NCBI RefSeq assembly: GCF_000179635.2 | Contig: NC_014833.1 | Span: 3,390,001 to 3,422,000 of the forward strand | Source of the DNA: Ruminococcus albus 7 = DSM 20455 | Lineage (GTDB): Bacteria; Bacillota; Clostridia; Oscillospirales; Ruminococcaceae | Length of the DNA stretch: 32,000 bases | Reading direction: 5' to 3' | In this document: positions 1-9,178 of the stretch, piece by piece | Layout: the number at the start of each line of letters is the position of its first letter | How positions within the stretch are numbered: position 1 is the stretch's first letter | Made by a program: the position numbers and the translations under genes | The notes under the pieces: generated by a model | What the model was told of the DNA's origin: nothing | The model's database searches: none | Seen by the model: only the letters and a program-made list of their open reading frames with translations

Positions 1-582
1 GCTGAAAAGTTCATCGGAAAGATAATGCAGGTGCCGCCCATGTATTCGGCGGTGAAAGTTGACGGCAAAAAACTCTACGAGCTGGCACGCGAAGGAAAAG
101 TCATCGAGCGCGAGGCGAGGGAGATAACTGTGCTTTCACTGGTGACAGATGATTACGATGAGGTGACCCGAGAGGGACACATGACAGTGCTCTGCGAAAA
201 GGGCACGTACATACGCACACTTATAAATGACATAGGCGATATGCTGGGCTGCGGCGGAGCTATGACCTCACTGGTGAGGACGTACTCGGCAGGGCTGGCG
301 CTGGAAGATTGCCTGACCATAGAGGATATACAACAGAGAGTCGATGAGAACGGTGCAGAAAGTGTACTGACACGGCTGGACAAATGCTTTGAGGTATACC
401 CCGAAGTCAGACTGGGAGCGCGGATAACTGCGCTTTACAAGAACGGTGTGAAGCTGAGAGCTGACCAGGTGGATGCGCATGAAGGTACTGTATACCGCGT
501 ATACGGCGCCGACGGAGGATTCATCGGGCTTGGCAGGATGGCTGACGGAGGATTCAGAAGCGTTAAGAATTTTTTCGTATGA
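1..582 (+). CDS. truB: tRNA pseudouridine(55) synthase TruB, C-terminal part (5' end lies outside the window)
   Basis: Frame 1 is open from nt 1 (AEKFIGKIMQVPPMYSAVKVDGKKLYELAREG...). This is the conserved Q-x-PP-x-YSA-x-K TruB core followed by a PUA-like tail. ribF follows immediately, the usual truB-ribF order. Confidence 0.9.
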   Translation, partial: AEKFIGKIMQVPPMYSAVKVDGKKLYELAREGKVIEREAREITVLSLVTDDYDEVTREGHMTVLCEKGTYIRTLINDIGDMLGCGGAMTSLVRTYSAGLALEDCLTIEDIQQRVDENGAESVLTRLDKCFEVYPEVRLGARITALYKNGVKLRADQVDAHEGTVYRVYGADGGFIGLGRMADGGFRSVKNFFV

Positions 583-599
583 TCGAGGAATGATTTGAA

Positions 600-1526
600 T
601 TGAAGGAGATCGACAAGGGCTTTTCGCCCGACAAGGGAACTGTCTGTGCGCTGGGACTGTTTGACGGTGTACACAGAGGACACAGGCTGGTCATAAACAA
701 TGCGCTGTCGCTGGCGGAGAAACTTGGTGTCAGGTCTGCGGTATTTACATTCAGGACCGACACAGTGACTTCAAAGGGACACGACGGCAGGATAGAAATG
801 ATACTCAGTGATGCTGAGAAATGCAGACATTTTGAGGATATGGGAGTAGACCTGTTGTATTCACCCGATTTTAACGAGCTTAAAAATATGTCTGCGGAGG
901 CTTTTGTACGTGATATACTGTCAGGTCTGCTGGGATGCAGGGCTGTGGTGTGCGGCAGCGATTTCCGTTTCGGAAAAGGTGCGGAGGGCGACTGCAACAC
1001 GCTGGAGCTTTACGGCAGGATATACGGCATAGACGTAATGGTATGCGACAAGCTGAGCTACAAGGGCGAGGAAGTAAGCTCTACGGTGATACGCGAGTGC
1101 ATACGCACAGGTCAGATAGAAAAGGCAAACGAACTGCTCGGGTACATATTCGGGCTGAAACTGGTGGTAGAACATGGCAGGCAGCTGGGCAGGACCTGGA
1201 ACTTCCCTACCATAAACCAGACGATACCGCGCGGGCAGATACTGCCGAAATTCGGGGTATATGCCACAAGGGTCATGATAGACGGCAAAAGCCGTTTCGG
1301 CGTGACGAACATCGGTGTCAAGCCTACGCTCAAAGCCCATGATGCGCCTCTGGCAGAAACCTATATACTCGATTTTTCAGGTGACCTTTACGGCAGAGAG
1401 ATAGAGATACTGTTAGATAAGTTCATACGTCCCGAAAAAGGATTTGACAGCATCGACGAGCTGAAAGCGCAGATAGGTAAGGATACCCTGAAAGTTAGGG
1501 AGTTTTACGGAGTTGACAAGGAATGA
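600..1526 (+). CDS. ribF: Bifunctional riboflavin kinase / FMN adenylyltransferase
   Basis: 308 aa with a TTG start. The N-terminal nucleotidyltransferase motif is GLFDGVHRGHRLV. The C-terminal riboflavin-kinase segment is GRTWNFPTINQ...GVYATRV...GVTNIGVKPT. Confidence 0.92.
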   Translation: MKEIDKGFSPDKGTVCALGLFDGVHRGHRLVINNALSLAEKLGVRSAVFTFRTDTVTSKGHDGRIEMILSDAEKCRHFEDMGVDLLYSPDFNELKNMSAEAFVRDILSGLLGCRAVVCGSDFRFGKGAEGDCNTLELYGRIYGIDVMVCDKLSYKGEEVSSTVIRECIRTGQIEKANELLGYIFGLKLVVEHGRQLGRTWNFPTINQTIPRGQILPKFGVYATRVMIDGKSRFGVTNIGVKPTLKAHDAPLAETYILDFSGDLYGREIEILLDKFIRPEKGFDSIDELKAQIGKDTLKVREFYGVDKE

Positions 1527-2749
1527 AGAAAGAAAGGAAAGAAATAACATTTCCGATACTCAACAAGATGATAGAGAACGGAAATGACCGTGTATTTTCG
1601 GTGGTATTATTTCTTGCGTCATTACTGGTCAGGGCGAACACTTCGTGGAATATCATAAGGAATATAGGCATACATTACGGCGGAGATTTTGTTAGATTCC
1701 AGGAATGGGAACTCGAGCTTGACCGACTGGGAATGAAGTTTTTCTCTGAATACAATGACATTCCATATTACTGGGGATTTACGCTGTTACTTCATGCAGT
1801 TAAGAAGCTCACTGGCGGATACAGCGGGATCATAGTTGTGAATGTGCTGATGACATCGGCGGCGGTGATATTTCTTTACAAAACAGCAAAGATAGTAACT
1901 AAAAGCAAAACGATCGCACTGTTGGCTGGGTTAGAGTATGTATACTGTCCTAAACTGATGGAATGGAACAACGCGTTGACAAGCGACGCGATAGCGATAT
2001 TTATCGGGGCGGTATGCTTTTACTATTATTACAAATACACAAGGGTCAGCAAGGCGCGAAAAGATCTTGTGATACTGAGCCTGATATGTCTGTTGTATTA
2101 TTTTGAGCGCACGACGGCTGTTATAACCATAATATTTATTTGTGCGGGGCTGATAAAGCAGAAATTCAGTAAAAACAGGAAAATGATACTGATATTATCT
2201 GTCGCAGCAGCAGTCGGAATGCTGGCGGTGGGTATAATTCTGCTGAAGGTGAGTCACGGCGAACATGGGGTTGTATCGAGGATAAAGTATTATATCGGAC
2301 TGTTTGAGAGCGGCACGATAGTATACGAAACAAACACATTTGTGTACAATGCAGATCCATCACACTTCGGCAAGCCTATATTTGCTCTGGACATACTGGC
2401 GATAATCGCACTGAGGGCAGTATTCTTCTGGTCAGTGGCATTCATCAGGGAAAACTCCATATTTGAAGTAGTGATGGGATATATAACGTTCCTGCCGCTG
2501 ATAGTGACAGGTTTTCTCGGCATTATCACGTCTTTCAGAAAAAAGAACAAAGAGCTGTACTCAATGTTTGTGTTTATACTTATGACAAACCTGACACAGG
2601 CGTGCTTTGAGATAGACGGCGGATTAAGGTACAGGATGCCTGTACTGCCGTTTATGATAGTATTCAGTTCATATTTTGTGTTTACAGCTGCACGATTGTT
2701 CTCTGAGAGAGCGAAAAGCAAAGATACTGCCGAAGCTGACAGTAAATGA
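1523..2749 (+). CDS. Polytopic integral membrane protein (about 10 TM). Possibly a GT-C type (ArnT/PMT-like) glycosyltransferase; function not established.
   Basis: 408-aa ORF whose ATG overlaps the ribF stop (ATGA at 1523-1526). It has many hydrophobic helices, an aromatic-rich loop (DIPYYWGF) and a basic cytoplasmic tail. No catalytic motif that I can name with certainty. Confidence 0.7.
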   Translation: MKKERKEITFPILNKMIENGNDRVFSVVLFLASLLVRANTSWNIIRNIGIHYGGDFVRFQEWELELDRLGMKFFSEYNDIPYYWGFTLLLHAVKKLTGGYSGIIVVNVLMTSAAVIFLYKTAKIVTKSKTIALLAGLEYVYCPKLMEWNNALTSDAIAIFIGAVCFYYYYKYTRVSKARKDLVILSLICLLYYFERTTAVITIIFICAGLIKQKFSKNRKMILILSVAAAVGMLAVGIILLKVSHGEHGVVSRIKYYIGLFESGTIVYETNTFVYNADPSHFGKPIFALDILAIIALRAVFFWSVAFIRENSIFEVVMGYITFLPLIVTGFLGIITSFRKKNKELYSMFVFILMTNLTQACFEIDGGLRYRMPVLPFMIVFSSYFVFTAARLFSERAKSKDTAEADSK

Positions 2750-2825
2750 GAAAAATGATTTATTTGACATCGGACATATATTATAAGTGGTAAAAGTCCG
2801 AGGTTTTCCGCAAGCTGTCACAAAG

Positions 2826-2855
2826 TGTACACAGTAAGCGGTTATACTGTATAAT
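2826..2855 (+). promoter_or_regulatory. Candidate sigma-A promoter of the ABC-2 operon (TGTACA-18-TATAAT)
   Basis: TATAAT at 2850-2855, preceded by TG at 2848-2849. The -35 is weak (TGTACA at 2826-2831). The ORF-track ATG at 2854 lies inside the -10 hexamer, which argues for the downstream TTG start at 2887. Confidence 0.3.
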
Positions 2856-2886
2856 GCATAAATTTTCCTTACAGGAGGAAAGTAAA

Positions 2887-3864
2887 TTGATAGAAGTAGT
2901 TAATTTATCAAAGCATTACGGCGACAAAAAAGCCGTGAACAATATCAGCTTCAAAGCCGAGGACAGTGAGGTGCTGGGTTTTCTCGGACCTAACGGTGCC
3001 GGAAAATCAACAACGATGAATATTCTTACCGGATACATCTCATGTACCTCGGGCAAGGCACTGATAGACGGGATAGACATACTCGAAGATCCCGTAAAGG
3101 CAAAGAAGAACATAGGGTACCTCCCCGAGATACCGCCCCTTTATGTTGATATGACGGTCAAGGAGTATCTGTACTTCATATACGATCTGAAAAAGTGCAA
3201 GCTGCCTAAGATATCTCATTTGCAGGATATATGCAGCCTTGTGAAGATAGACCATGTATACAACAGGCTTATAAAGAACCTGTCAAAGGGTTACAGGCAG
3301 AGAGTAGGTCTTGCGCAGGCACTGGTGGGAAATCCCAAGGTGCTGATACTTGACGAGCCTACTGTCGGACTTGACCCGAAACAGATAATCGAGATAAGAA
3401 CGCTTATACGCAAGCTGGGAAAGAATCATACGGTGATACTTTCATCGCACATACTTTCCGAGGTACAGGCTGTATGCGACAAGATAGTTGTTATCAACGA
3501 GGGAAGAGTCGTTGCAAACGATACGGAAGAGAACCTTTCACACAAGCTGACCGGCGACAACAAGTTCATATGCAAGGCGGACGGCAATAAGGATTCTGTT
3601 ATGCGCCTTATACAGGGCATCGACGGTGTGGACAAGGTGTACTGCGATGCAGAGCACAAGAACAACATCTGCGATTACCGCATTGAGGCAGCTGAGGGCA
3701 AGGAGATACGCTACGAGCTGTTCAGAAAAATGGCGGACAACGGTTTCACTATACTTGAACTGAAGAGCACAGAAATGAATCTGGAGGATATCTTCCTGAA
3801 ACTGACTATGGGCGAGAATATCCCCGCTCTTGAAGAGAACAATAATGAGGAGGCTGATAACTGA
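2887..3864 (+). CDS. ABC transporter ATP-binding protein (GldA-like, ABC-2 subfamily)
   Basis: Walker A GPNGAGKST, signature LSKGYRQRV, Walker B LILDEPTVGLD, H-loop SSHIL. I prefer the TTG at 2887, which is 7 nt after GGAGGA (2874-2879), over the track ATG at 2854. Confidence 0.9.
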   Translation: MIEVVNLSKHYGDKKAVNNISFKAEDSEVLGFLGPNGAGKSTTMNILTGYISCTSGKALIDGIDILEDPVKAKKNIGYLPEIPPLYVDMTVKEYLYFIYDLKKCKLPKISHLQDICSLVKIDHVYNRLIKNLSKGYRQRVGLAQALVGNPKVLILDEPTVGLDPKQIIEIRTLIRKLGKNHTVILSSHILSEVQAVCDKIVVINEGRVVANDTEENLSHKLTGDNKFICKADGNKDSVMRLIQGIDGVDKVYCDAEHKNNICDYRIEAAEGKEIRYELFRKMADNGFTILELKSTEMNLEDIFLKLTMGENIPALEENNNEEADN

Positions 3865-4601
3865 TGGGCGCTATTTTCAGGCGTGAGGTGCGCAGCTATT
3901 TCACCTCCCCTATCGGATATATATTTATTGCGGCATTTTTTGCCTATGCGGGACTTATGTTCTCAATGGACAGCCTGAACAGCGGATATGCAAAGCTGGA
4001 CAGTATGTTCTCATCGCTGCTGACGATACTCATAGTACTTATACCCATACTCACCATGCGTACAATATCAGAAGAAAAGCGTACCAGGACTGACCAGTGT
4101 CTGCTGACAGCACCTGTAAGTCTGGGCGGTATAGTTGCAGGAAAATTCTTTGCAGCATTTCTGGTATACACGGCTGCTGTATCCATTACAGCGGTAATGG
4201 CAGTTGTAGTATCGGTATACGGTGACCCCGACTGGAACGTTATAGTAGGTAATATAGTTGCTTTGCTGCTGCTGGGCGGTGCGTTCATATCCATCGGCAT
4301 ATTCTGCTCGTCATTTACCGAGAATCAGGTAGTGGCTGCAGTAATTAGTTTCGTGGTACTGATAGCGGTATCATTCCTTTCCATCATCGGCGGACTTCTG
4401 CCTGCACTGGACGAAGGACACTGGTACACCAAGGTCGTCGAAGGAATAAGGACTGCGCTGGAGAAGATATCCTTCGGTGAGAGGTATATGGAATTCACCT
4501 ACGGCATATTCAATTTTTCAAATGTTATCTTCTTTATGAGCGCTGTGGCGGCTTTCCTGTTCCTGACGGTGAGAGTGCTTGAAAAGCGCCGCTGGAGCTA
4601 G
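3864..4601 (+). CDS. ABC-2 type permease (GldF-like)
   Basis: 245 aa with about 6 TM helices. The start overlaps the ATPase stop (TGATG). N-terminus FRREVRSYFTSPIGYIFIAAF is typical of ABC-2 permeases. Confidence 0.85.
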   Translation: MGAIFRREVRSYFTSPIGYIFIAAFFAYAGLMFSMDSLNSGYAKLDSMFSSLLTILIVLIPILTMRTISEEKRTRTDQCLLTAPVSLGGIVAGKFFAAFLVYTAAVSITAVMAVVVSVYGDPDWNVIVGNIVALLLLGGAFISIGIFCSSFTENQVVAAVISFVVLIAVSFLSIIGGLLPALDEGHWYTKVVEGIRTALEKISFGERYMEFTYGIFNFSNVIFFMSAVAAFLFLTVRVLEKRRWS

Positions 4602-4613
4602 GAGGTGTCTGTA

Positions 4614-6293
4614 ATGGAAAACAAGGAAGAAAAAGTCACCTCAGGCAGTGAGGAACTGCTTAAAAAGAAAGCTGACAAGGATAAGAAGCCAAAAGACAAG
4701 AAAGCAGGAAGCGGAAATACAGCCAAAAAGCTGAAACACGGCACTATGGCTACGGTGCTGACCTGCGGATTCCTGGCAGTGCTGGTACTGCTCAACGTAG
4801 TAACTACGGTACTGTTTGAGCGTTACCCAATAAATATCGACCTTACCAAGGACAAGATATACTCCATGACCGATGAAACGGAGGAGTACGTAAAGAATGT
4901 GGACAGGGATGTACTTGTATCCATATTTGCAGACGAGGAAACATACCTGAACTATTCTGCTTACAACAAGCAGGCGATAGAGCTTCTTAAAAACTACTGC
5001 AAGATGAATCACCACATATCCTACAGATTTGTGGATATAGATTCAAACCCTGATATCATCAAGAGCTACAGCGATACGATATCAAACTTTGATATCATAT
5101 TCGAGACAAGCAGCGAAGTCGATGGCGAGACCGTCAAGAGGACAAGAAAGCTGGGTATGGTCGATTTGCTGTCTTTCAATGATGAGCTGGTGTCCAACCT
5201 TTCACAGTCGGGTTACAGTATAGATATGCTGAGAGAACAGGCAGGCGGCGACATGAATCTGCTGGCTTACTACGGCAGCTATGTTGAGTCATCAAATGCC
5301 GAACAGGCTTTCACATCGGCACTGATGACAGTAACAGACCCGAATCCCGTATATGTTACTTTCCTGAACGGTAGAAATGAAGTAAGCGATATTACATCGA
5401 AGACTTCACCGTTCTCATATTTCAAGACACTTCTTGTGGCTAACGGATACAACGTAAATGAGATAGACATCACCAAGGATGAGATACCCTCAAATACGGA
5501 TATAGCTGTTATCCCTGCACCAACGGTGGATTATCTGCCCGAGGAGGTACAGAAGGTCAGCGATTTCCTGAACAATGACAATAAGCTGGGCAAACAGCTT
5601 ATCTATGTGGCTTCATACAGCCAGGGCAAGACACCTAACCTTGATGAGTTCCTGGAGGAGTACGGTCTGGCGGTAGGTGACGGAGTTATATGTGAAGCGT
5701 ATGGCGATAACTACATCAACTACCCCTACTACACACTTTCCACCGATCTTTCTTCGGACTTCAATCAGGATATACTGAACAAGAACTTAGTTATAAGCTC
5801 CATGTACACAAGACCTGTAAATACGCTGTTTGACGAACAGGGCAAGATATCCACACAGCAGTATGTAAAAACCACCGACAACGCTTATACAGCCACACTG
5901 AAATACAACAATGAGTACCAGCTGGTACCTTCCGAAACACTGACCAAGGGTCAGCAGTGCTTGTTTGCTATAGGTTCAAAGGCAAAGTTTGCAGATGACG
6001 GCAGCGGTGACACAGCATACAGCAACGTGCTTTGCTTCGGTTCGGAGTACCTGCTGCAGTCGAATATACTTTCTGCACAGCAGTACGGAAACAGCGAATA
6101 CTTCTTCAGTGTCATCGCAGGCATAAGCCACAAGACCGACGGAGTATTCATCAAGCCCAAGACTATCAAGGGTACAGCTTTTGATATCGACCAGAGCAAA
6201 AAGACCGCACTGATGTGGACATTCTGTCTGATAATACCTGTAGCGGTACTTATCGTGGGACTTGTTGTATGGTTAAGGAGAAAGAATAAGTAA
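4614..6293 (+). CDS. GldG-like ABC-transporter auxiliary protein (N- and C-terminal TM anchors, large outside domain)
   Basis: ATG at 4614 lies 8 nt after GGAGG (4601-4605); the track starts at GTG 4605. Lys-rich cytoplasmic N-terminus, TM (TVLTCGFLAVLVLLNVVTTVLF), about 470 aa outside, then C-terminal TM plus RRKNK. Its position after the ABC-2 ATPase and permease matches the GldAFG arrangement. Confidence 0.75.
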   Translation: MENKEEKVTSGSEELLKKKADKDKKPKDKKAGSGNTAKKLKHGTMATVLTCGFLAVLVLLNVVTTVLFERYPINIDLTKDKIYSMTDETEEYVKNVDRDVLVSIFADEETYLNYSAYNKQAIELLKNYCKMNHHISYRFVDIDSNPDIIKSYSDTISNFDIIFETSSEVDGETVKRTRKLGMVDLLSFNDELVSNLSQSGYSIDMLREQAGGDMNLLAYYGSYVESSNAEQAFTSALMTVTDPNPVYVTFLNGRNEVSDITSKTSPFSYFKTLLVANGYNVNEIDITKDEIPSNTDIAVIPAPTVDYLPEEVQKVSDFLNNDNKLGKQLIYVASYSQGKTPNLDEFLEEYGLAVGDGVICEAYGDNYINYPYYTLSTDLSSDFNQDILNKNLVISSMYTRPVNTLFDEQGKISTQQYVKTTDNAYTATLKYNNEYQLVPSETLTKGQQCLFAIGSKAKFADDGSGDTAYSNVLCFGSEYLLQSNILSAQQYGNSEYFFSVIAGISHKTDGVFIKPKTIKGTAFDIDQSKKTALMWTFCLIIPVAVLIVGLVVWLRRKNK

Positions 6294-7801
6294 TGAACGG
6301 CAAGGTACAAGGCATAATAATCTGCGGCGTTATAGCGGCAAGTCTGGCAGGAATGCTGGTATTCCTCAACGCCACGGACAAGGACAAGAACAAGCAGGCT
6401 GACAGTTCTGCGGCAGATAAAAAAGTATCCTCGGCGGCTGAGATGGAGCACATATTCGTGCTTGACAAGGAATCGGAGGAAATAAGCGCCATAAAGGCTG
6501 AAAACGAGAACGGCGGCTTCACTCTGGATAAGCCTGCATCCGGCAAAAGCTCATGGACTATCGAGGAGATAAGCTCGGTGAACCAGAACAGGGCGATGAA
6601 GGACAGCCTGATATCCGACTGCGGTCATCTGGAGGCATCCAAGATAGCCGAGGAGGATGCACAGGATCTTTCAAAGTACGGGCTCGATAAGCCGAGAGCA
6701 AGCTTTGAGATAAGCTACACCGACGGCACAAAAAGCAAGGTGCTCATAGGTGATGCTGCACCCGAATCCAAATACACCTACATCAGGATCGAGGACAGCA
6801 GCAAGGTATATATGATACTTACCATACACATATCTGATATGCTGAAAGCTGCCAAGGATTTCGCAAACCTTTCGCTGATAGCAAAGCCTGTCAACAATGA
6901 AGACTGGCCCGACTACGGCAAGGAAACGATCACAAGGAGCGACTGGGACTATCAGGTGGTATTTGAAAATGACCCGAATGAGAACAGCAATATGCTTTCA
7001 AGTCAGGTAATAAGCGAGCCTATATTCTCGTACCTAAATATCACAGGTTCAAGCGATGTTACCCACGGTATGTGGGGACTGACAGCATCAGGCTGTGAGG
7101 CAGTAGCACCTTCCGATGAACAGCTGAAGGAGTACGGACTTGATTCACCAAGGTGTGTGGTGAACCTTAAAGGCGAGGACTATGACTATACGCTGAAGAT
7201 CGGCGGAGAATCCTATGCGGAAGCCGCTGAAGGCGAGAATGCTGCACTGCTGGGCTACTACTGTACCCTGGAGGGCGTAAAGGGCTGTAACGCAGTGTAC
7301 GTGATACCGGCAGAAAACCTTCCTTGGGTAACTTTCAAGATAGAGGACGTTATATCTAATCTTATTACATCCAACTATCTGGTCGATCTGGCCGGTATGT
7401 CGGTGACGGTAGACGGCAAGGAAGATCTCTTTGAAATGACTACCAACGGCGGAAGCAACGACAAGGACGAAAACGGCAAGCCTGCAGACATAACCTCGGT
7501 AAAGGCAGGGGGTAAGGATCTGGATATATACCAGTACAAGAGCCTTTATCAGTTCATAATGTCCTGCCCCACCAACGAGATATGGTTTGAAGAACCTGAG
7601 GGTCAGCCCGAAGTCATCATCAAGCAGGTCCGCAAGGACGGCGGCGAGGATGTTATCGAGTTCTATCAGGACACTTCAAGGCGTTACATCGTAAAGCTCA
7701 ACGGCAAGACTTCCTACAGGATACAGAGTACCTGGATAGACAGTCTGAAGACCAATGTTGAGAATCTGAAAAACGGCAAGGAAATAAACACTAACTTCTG
7801 A
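6293..7801 (+). CDS. DUF4340-like membrane-anchored extracytoplasmic protein (fourth gene of the module)
   Basis: 502 aa. The start overlaps the upstream stop (TAATG). N-terminal anchor IIICGVIAASLAGMLVFL. The family assignment is from memory of the usual GldG-neighbour protein and was not verified. Confidence 0.6.
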   Translation: MNGKVQGIIICGVIAASLAGMLVFLNATDKDKNKQADSSAADKKVSSAAEMEHIFVLDKESEEISAIKAENENGGFTLDKPASGKSSWTIEEISSVNQNRAMKDSLISDCGHLEASKIAEEDAQDLSKYGLDKPRASFEISYTDGTKSKVLIGDAAPESKYTYIRIEDSSKVYMILTIHISDMLKAAKDFANLSLIAKPVNNEDWPDYGKETITRSDWDYQVVFENDPNENSNMLSSQVISEPIFSYLNITGSSDVTHGMWGLTASGCEAVAPSDEQLKEYGLDSPRCVVNLKGEDYDYTLKIGGESYAEAAEGENAALLGYYCTLEGVKGCNAVYVIPAENLPWVTFKIEDVISNLITSNYLVDLAGMSVTVDGKEDLFEMTTNGGSNDKDENGKPADITSVKAGGKDLDIYQYKSLYQFIMSCPTNEIWFEEPEGQPEVIIKQVRKDGGEDVIEFYQDTSRRYIVKLNGKTSYRIQSTWIDSLKTNVENLKNGKEINTNF

Positions 7802-7839
7802 TACAACAGTATCAAACAAACAGAAAGGCGGAGAGATAA

Positions 7840-8115
7840 ATGAGCGAAGCAGTAAAGAAATTTTTCACATACAAGGGTCTGCCCCTGGTAAGAAAAGGCA
7901 ATCAGCTCTATTACGGCAATATGTATGACGATTTCGTGGTATGGATAGAAATAAAGCACACCAAGAAAATGGGCGATATCGAAGTGGCTGACAAGGTCAA
8001 GATCAGAAAGATGTCCACAGATCTTACAAAGCCTAATATCGACAAGCAGGCAGACACAGACAGCCTTTATGATGCACTGGATATAGCTTGTGCATGGCTG
8101 AAAGTAAAAGCGTAA
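7840..8115 (+). CDS. Hypothetical small soluble protein (91 aa)
   Basis: ORF preceded by AAAGGCGGAGAG and followed by an intrinsic terminator. No recognisable motif. Confidence 0.55.
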   Translation: MSEAVKKFFTYKGLPLVRKGNQLYYGNMYDDFVVWIEIKHTKKMGDIEVADKVKIRKMSTDLTKPNIDKQADTDSLYDALDIACAWLKVKA

Positions 8116-8134
8116 ATTTAATTTATGAAACATG

Positions 8135-8165
8135 GCGGAGATCACTTTTAGCGGTCTCCGCTTTT
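8135..8165 (+). terminator. Rho-independent terminator
   Basis: GCGGAGA (8135-8141) pairs with TCTCCGC (8155-8161), followed by TTTT (8162-8165). Confidence 0.7.
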
Positions 8166-8178
8166 CGGGAGAAAGAGC

Positions 8179-9159
8179 ATGGAATATGTTAGCATCGGTG
8201 GAGTGAACGTCGAAAAAACTGCGGCACTTGCGCCTATGGCATCAGTGGCGGATAAGTCCTACAGGCTTCTTTGCAGAGAATTCGGGGCAGCTTATCTGGT
8301 CAGCGAGATGATATCATCAAAGGGACTTTGCTACAATGACAGAAAGACAGGCGAGCTTTGCGAGATAGAGGACGAAGAACGTCCCTACGCTTTGCAGCTA
8401 TTCGGTGAGGACCCGTATTTTATGGGCAAGGCGGCATATCTTCTTGGTAAGCACAAGCCTGATATCATAGATATCAACATGGGGTGTCCTGTGCCAAAGA
8501 TAGTCGGCAACGGTTCGGGCTCGGCACTGATGAAGGATATCCCGCGTGCAGTGGAGATAGCTAAAGAAACGGTGAAGAATGCGTGCTGTCCCGTGACGGT
8601 CAAATTCCGTGCGGGGTGGGATGACACTTCAAAAAACGCGGTAGAATTCGCTAAAGCGCTGGAACAGACAGGTATCGCGGCTATGGCGGTACACGGACGT
8701 ACAAGACAGCAGTTCTATTCGGGAGAAGCTGACTGGGAGATAATACGTCAGGTGAAGCAGGCAGTGAGTATACCCGTATTCGGCAACGGCGATGTAAAGG
8801 ACGGCGAAAGCTGCAAAAGGATGTACGAAGAAACAGGCTGTGACCTTGTTATGCTGGCAAGGGGCAGCTACGGCAGACCCTGGGTCTTCCGTGAGATAAA
8901 ACATTTTCTGGAAACGGGAGAAAAGCTCCCCGAGCCCGATATAAAAGAGCGAATGGAGATAATGCTCAGGCATTGCAGGTATCTTTGCAAATACAAGGGC
9001 GAGGTACGCGGCATGAAAGAGGCTCGTAAAAATGTAGCGTGGTACGTCAAGGGTCTGCCGAATTCAGCTAAGCTGAGAGCGGAATGCGGTGAGCTTTCGA
9101 CCTATGAACAGGCAGAGGAAATAGCGGCTCGGATAATACGGTCAGAGAGCGACTTATAA
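8179..9159 (+). CDS. dusB: tRNA-dihydrouridine synthase
   Basis: 326 aa. Dus-family TIM-barrel motifs are present: LAPMASVADKSYR, DINMGCPVPKIV (catalytic Cys) and VHGRTRQQFYSG. Confidence 0.9.
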   Translation: MEYVSIGGVNVEKTAALAPMASVADKSYRLLCREFGAAYLVSEMISSKGLCYNDRKTGELCEIEDEERPYALQLFGEDPYFMGKAAYLLGKHKPDIIDINMGCPVPKIVGNGSGSALMKDIPRAVEIAKETVKNACCPVTVKFRAGWDDTSKNAVEFAKALEQTGIAAMAVHGRTRQQFYSGEADWEIIRQVKQAVSIPVFGNGDVKDGESCKRMYEETGCDLVMLARGSYGRPWVFREIKHFLETGEKLPEPDIKERMEIMLRHCRYLCKYKGEVRGMKEARKNVAWYVKGLPNSAKLRAECGELSTYEQAEEIAARIIRSESDL

Positions 9160-9178
9160 TAACAAGGGAGGACTAATA

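Noticed and set aside
2842-2855. A 14-nt exact match, TTATACTGTATAAT, shared with the mraZ promoter (29609-29622)
   Set aside because: It is AT-rich and contains the -10 consensus. About one 14-mer coincidence is expected by chance in 32 kb, so it is not evidence of a shared regulatory site.
2854-2886. N-terminal extensions given by the ORF track: 2854 (ABC ATPase), 4605, 10964 (azlD), 17808 (rbr), 21095 (antiporter), 28003 (DUF4261-like) and 31136 (ftsL)
   Set aside because: In each case an in-frame start further downstream sits 6-9 nt after a GGAGG-like RBS. The extension also overlaps a promoter element, a terminator or the upstream gene. The shorter coordinates are reported instead.
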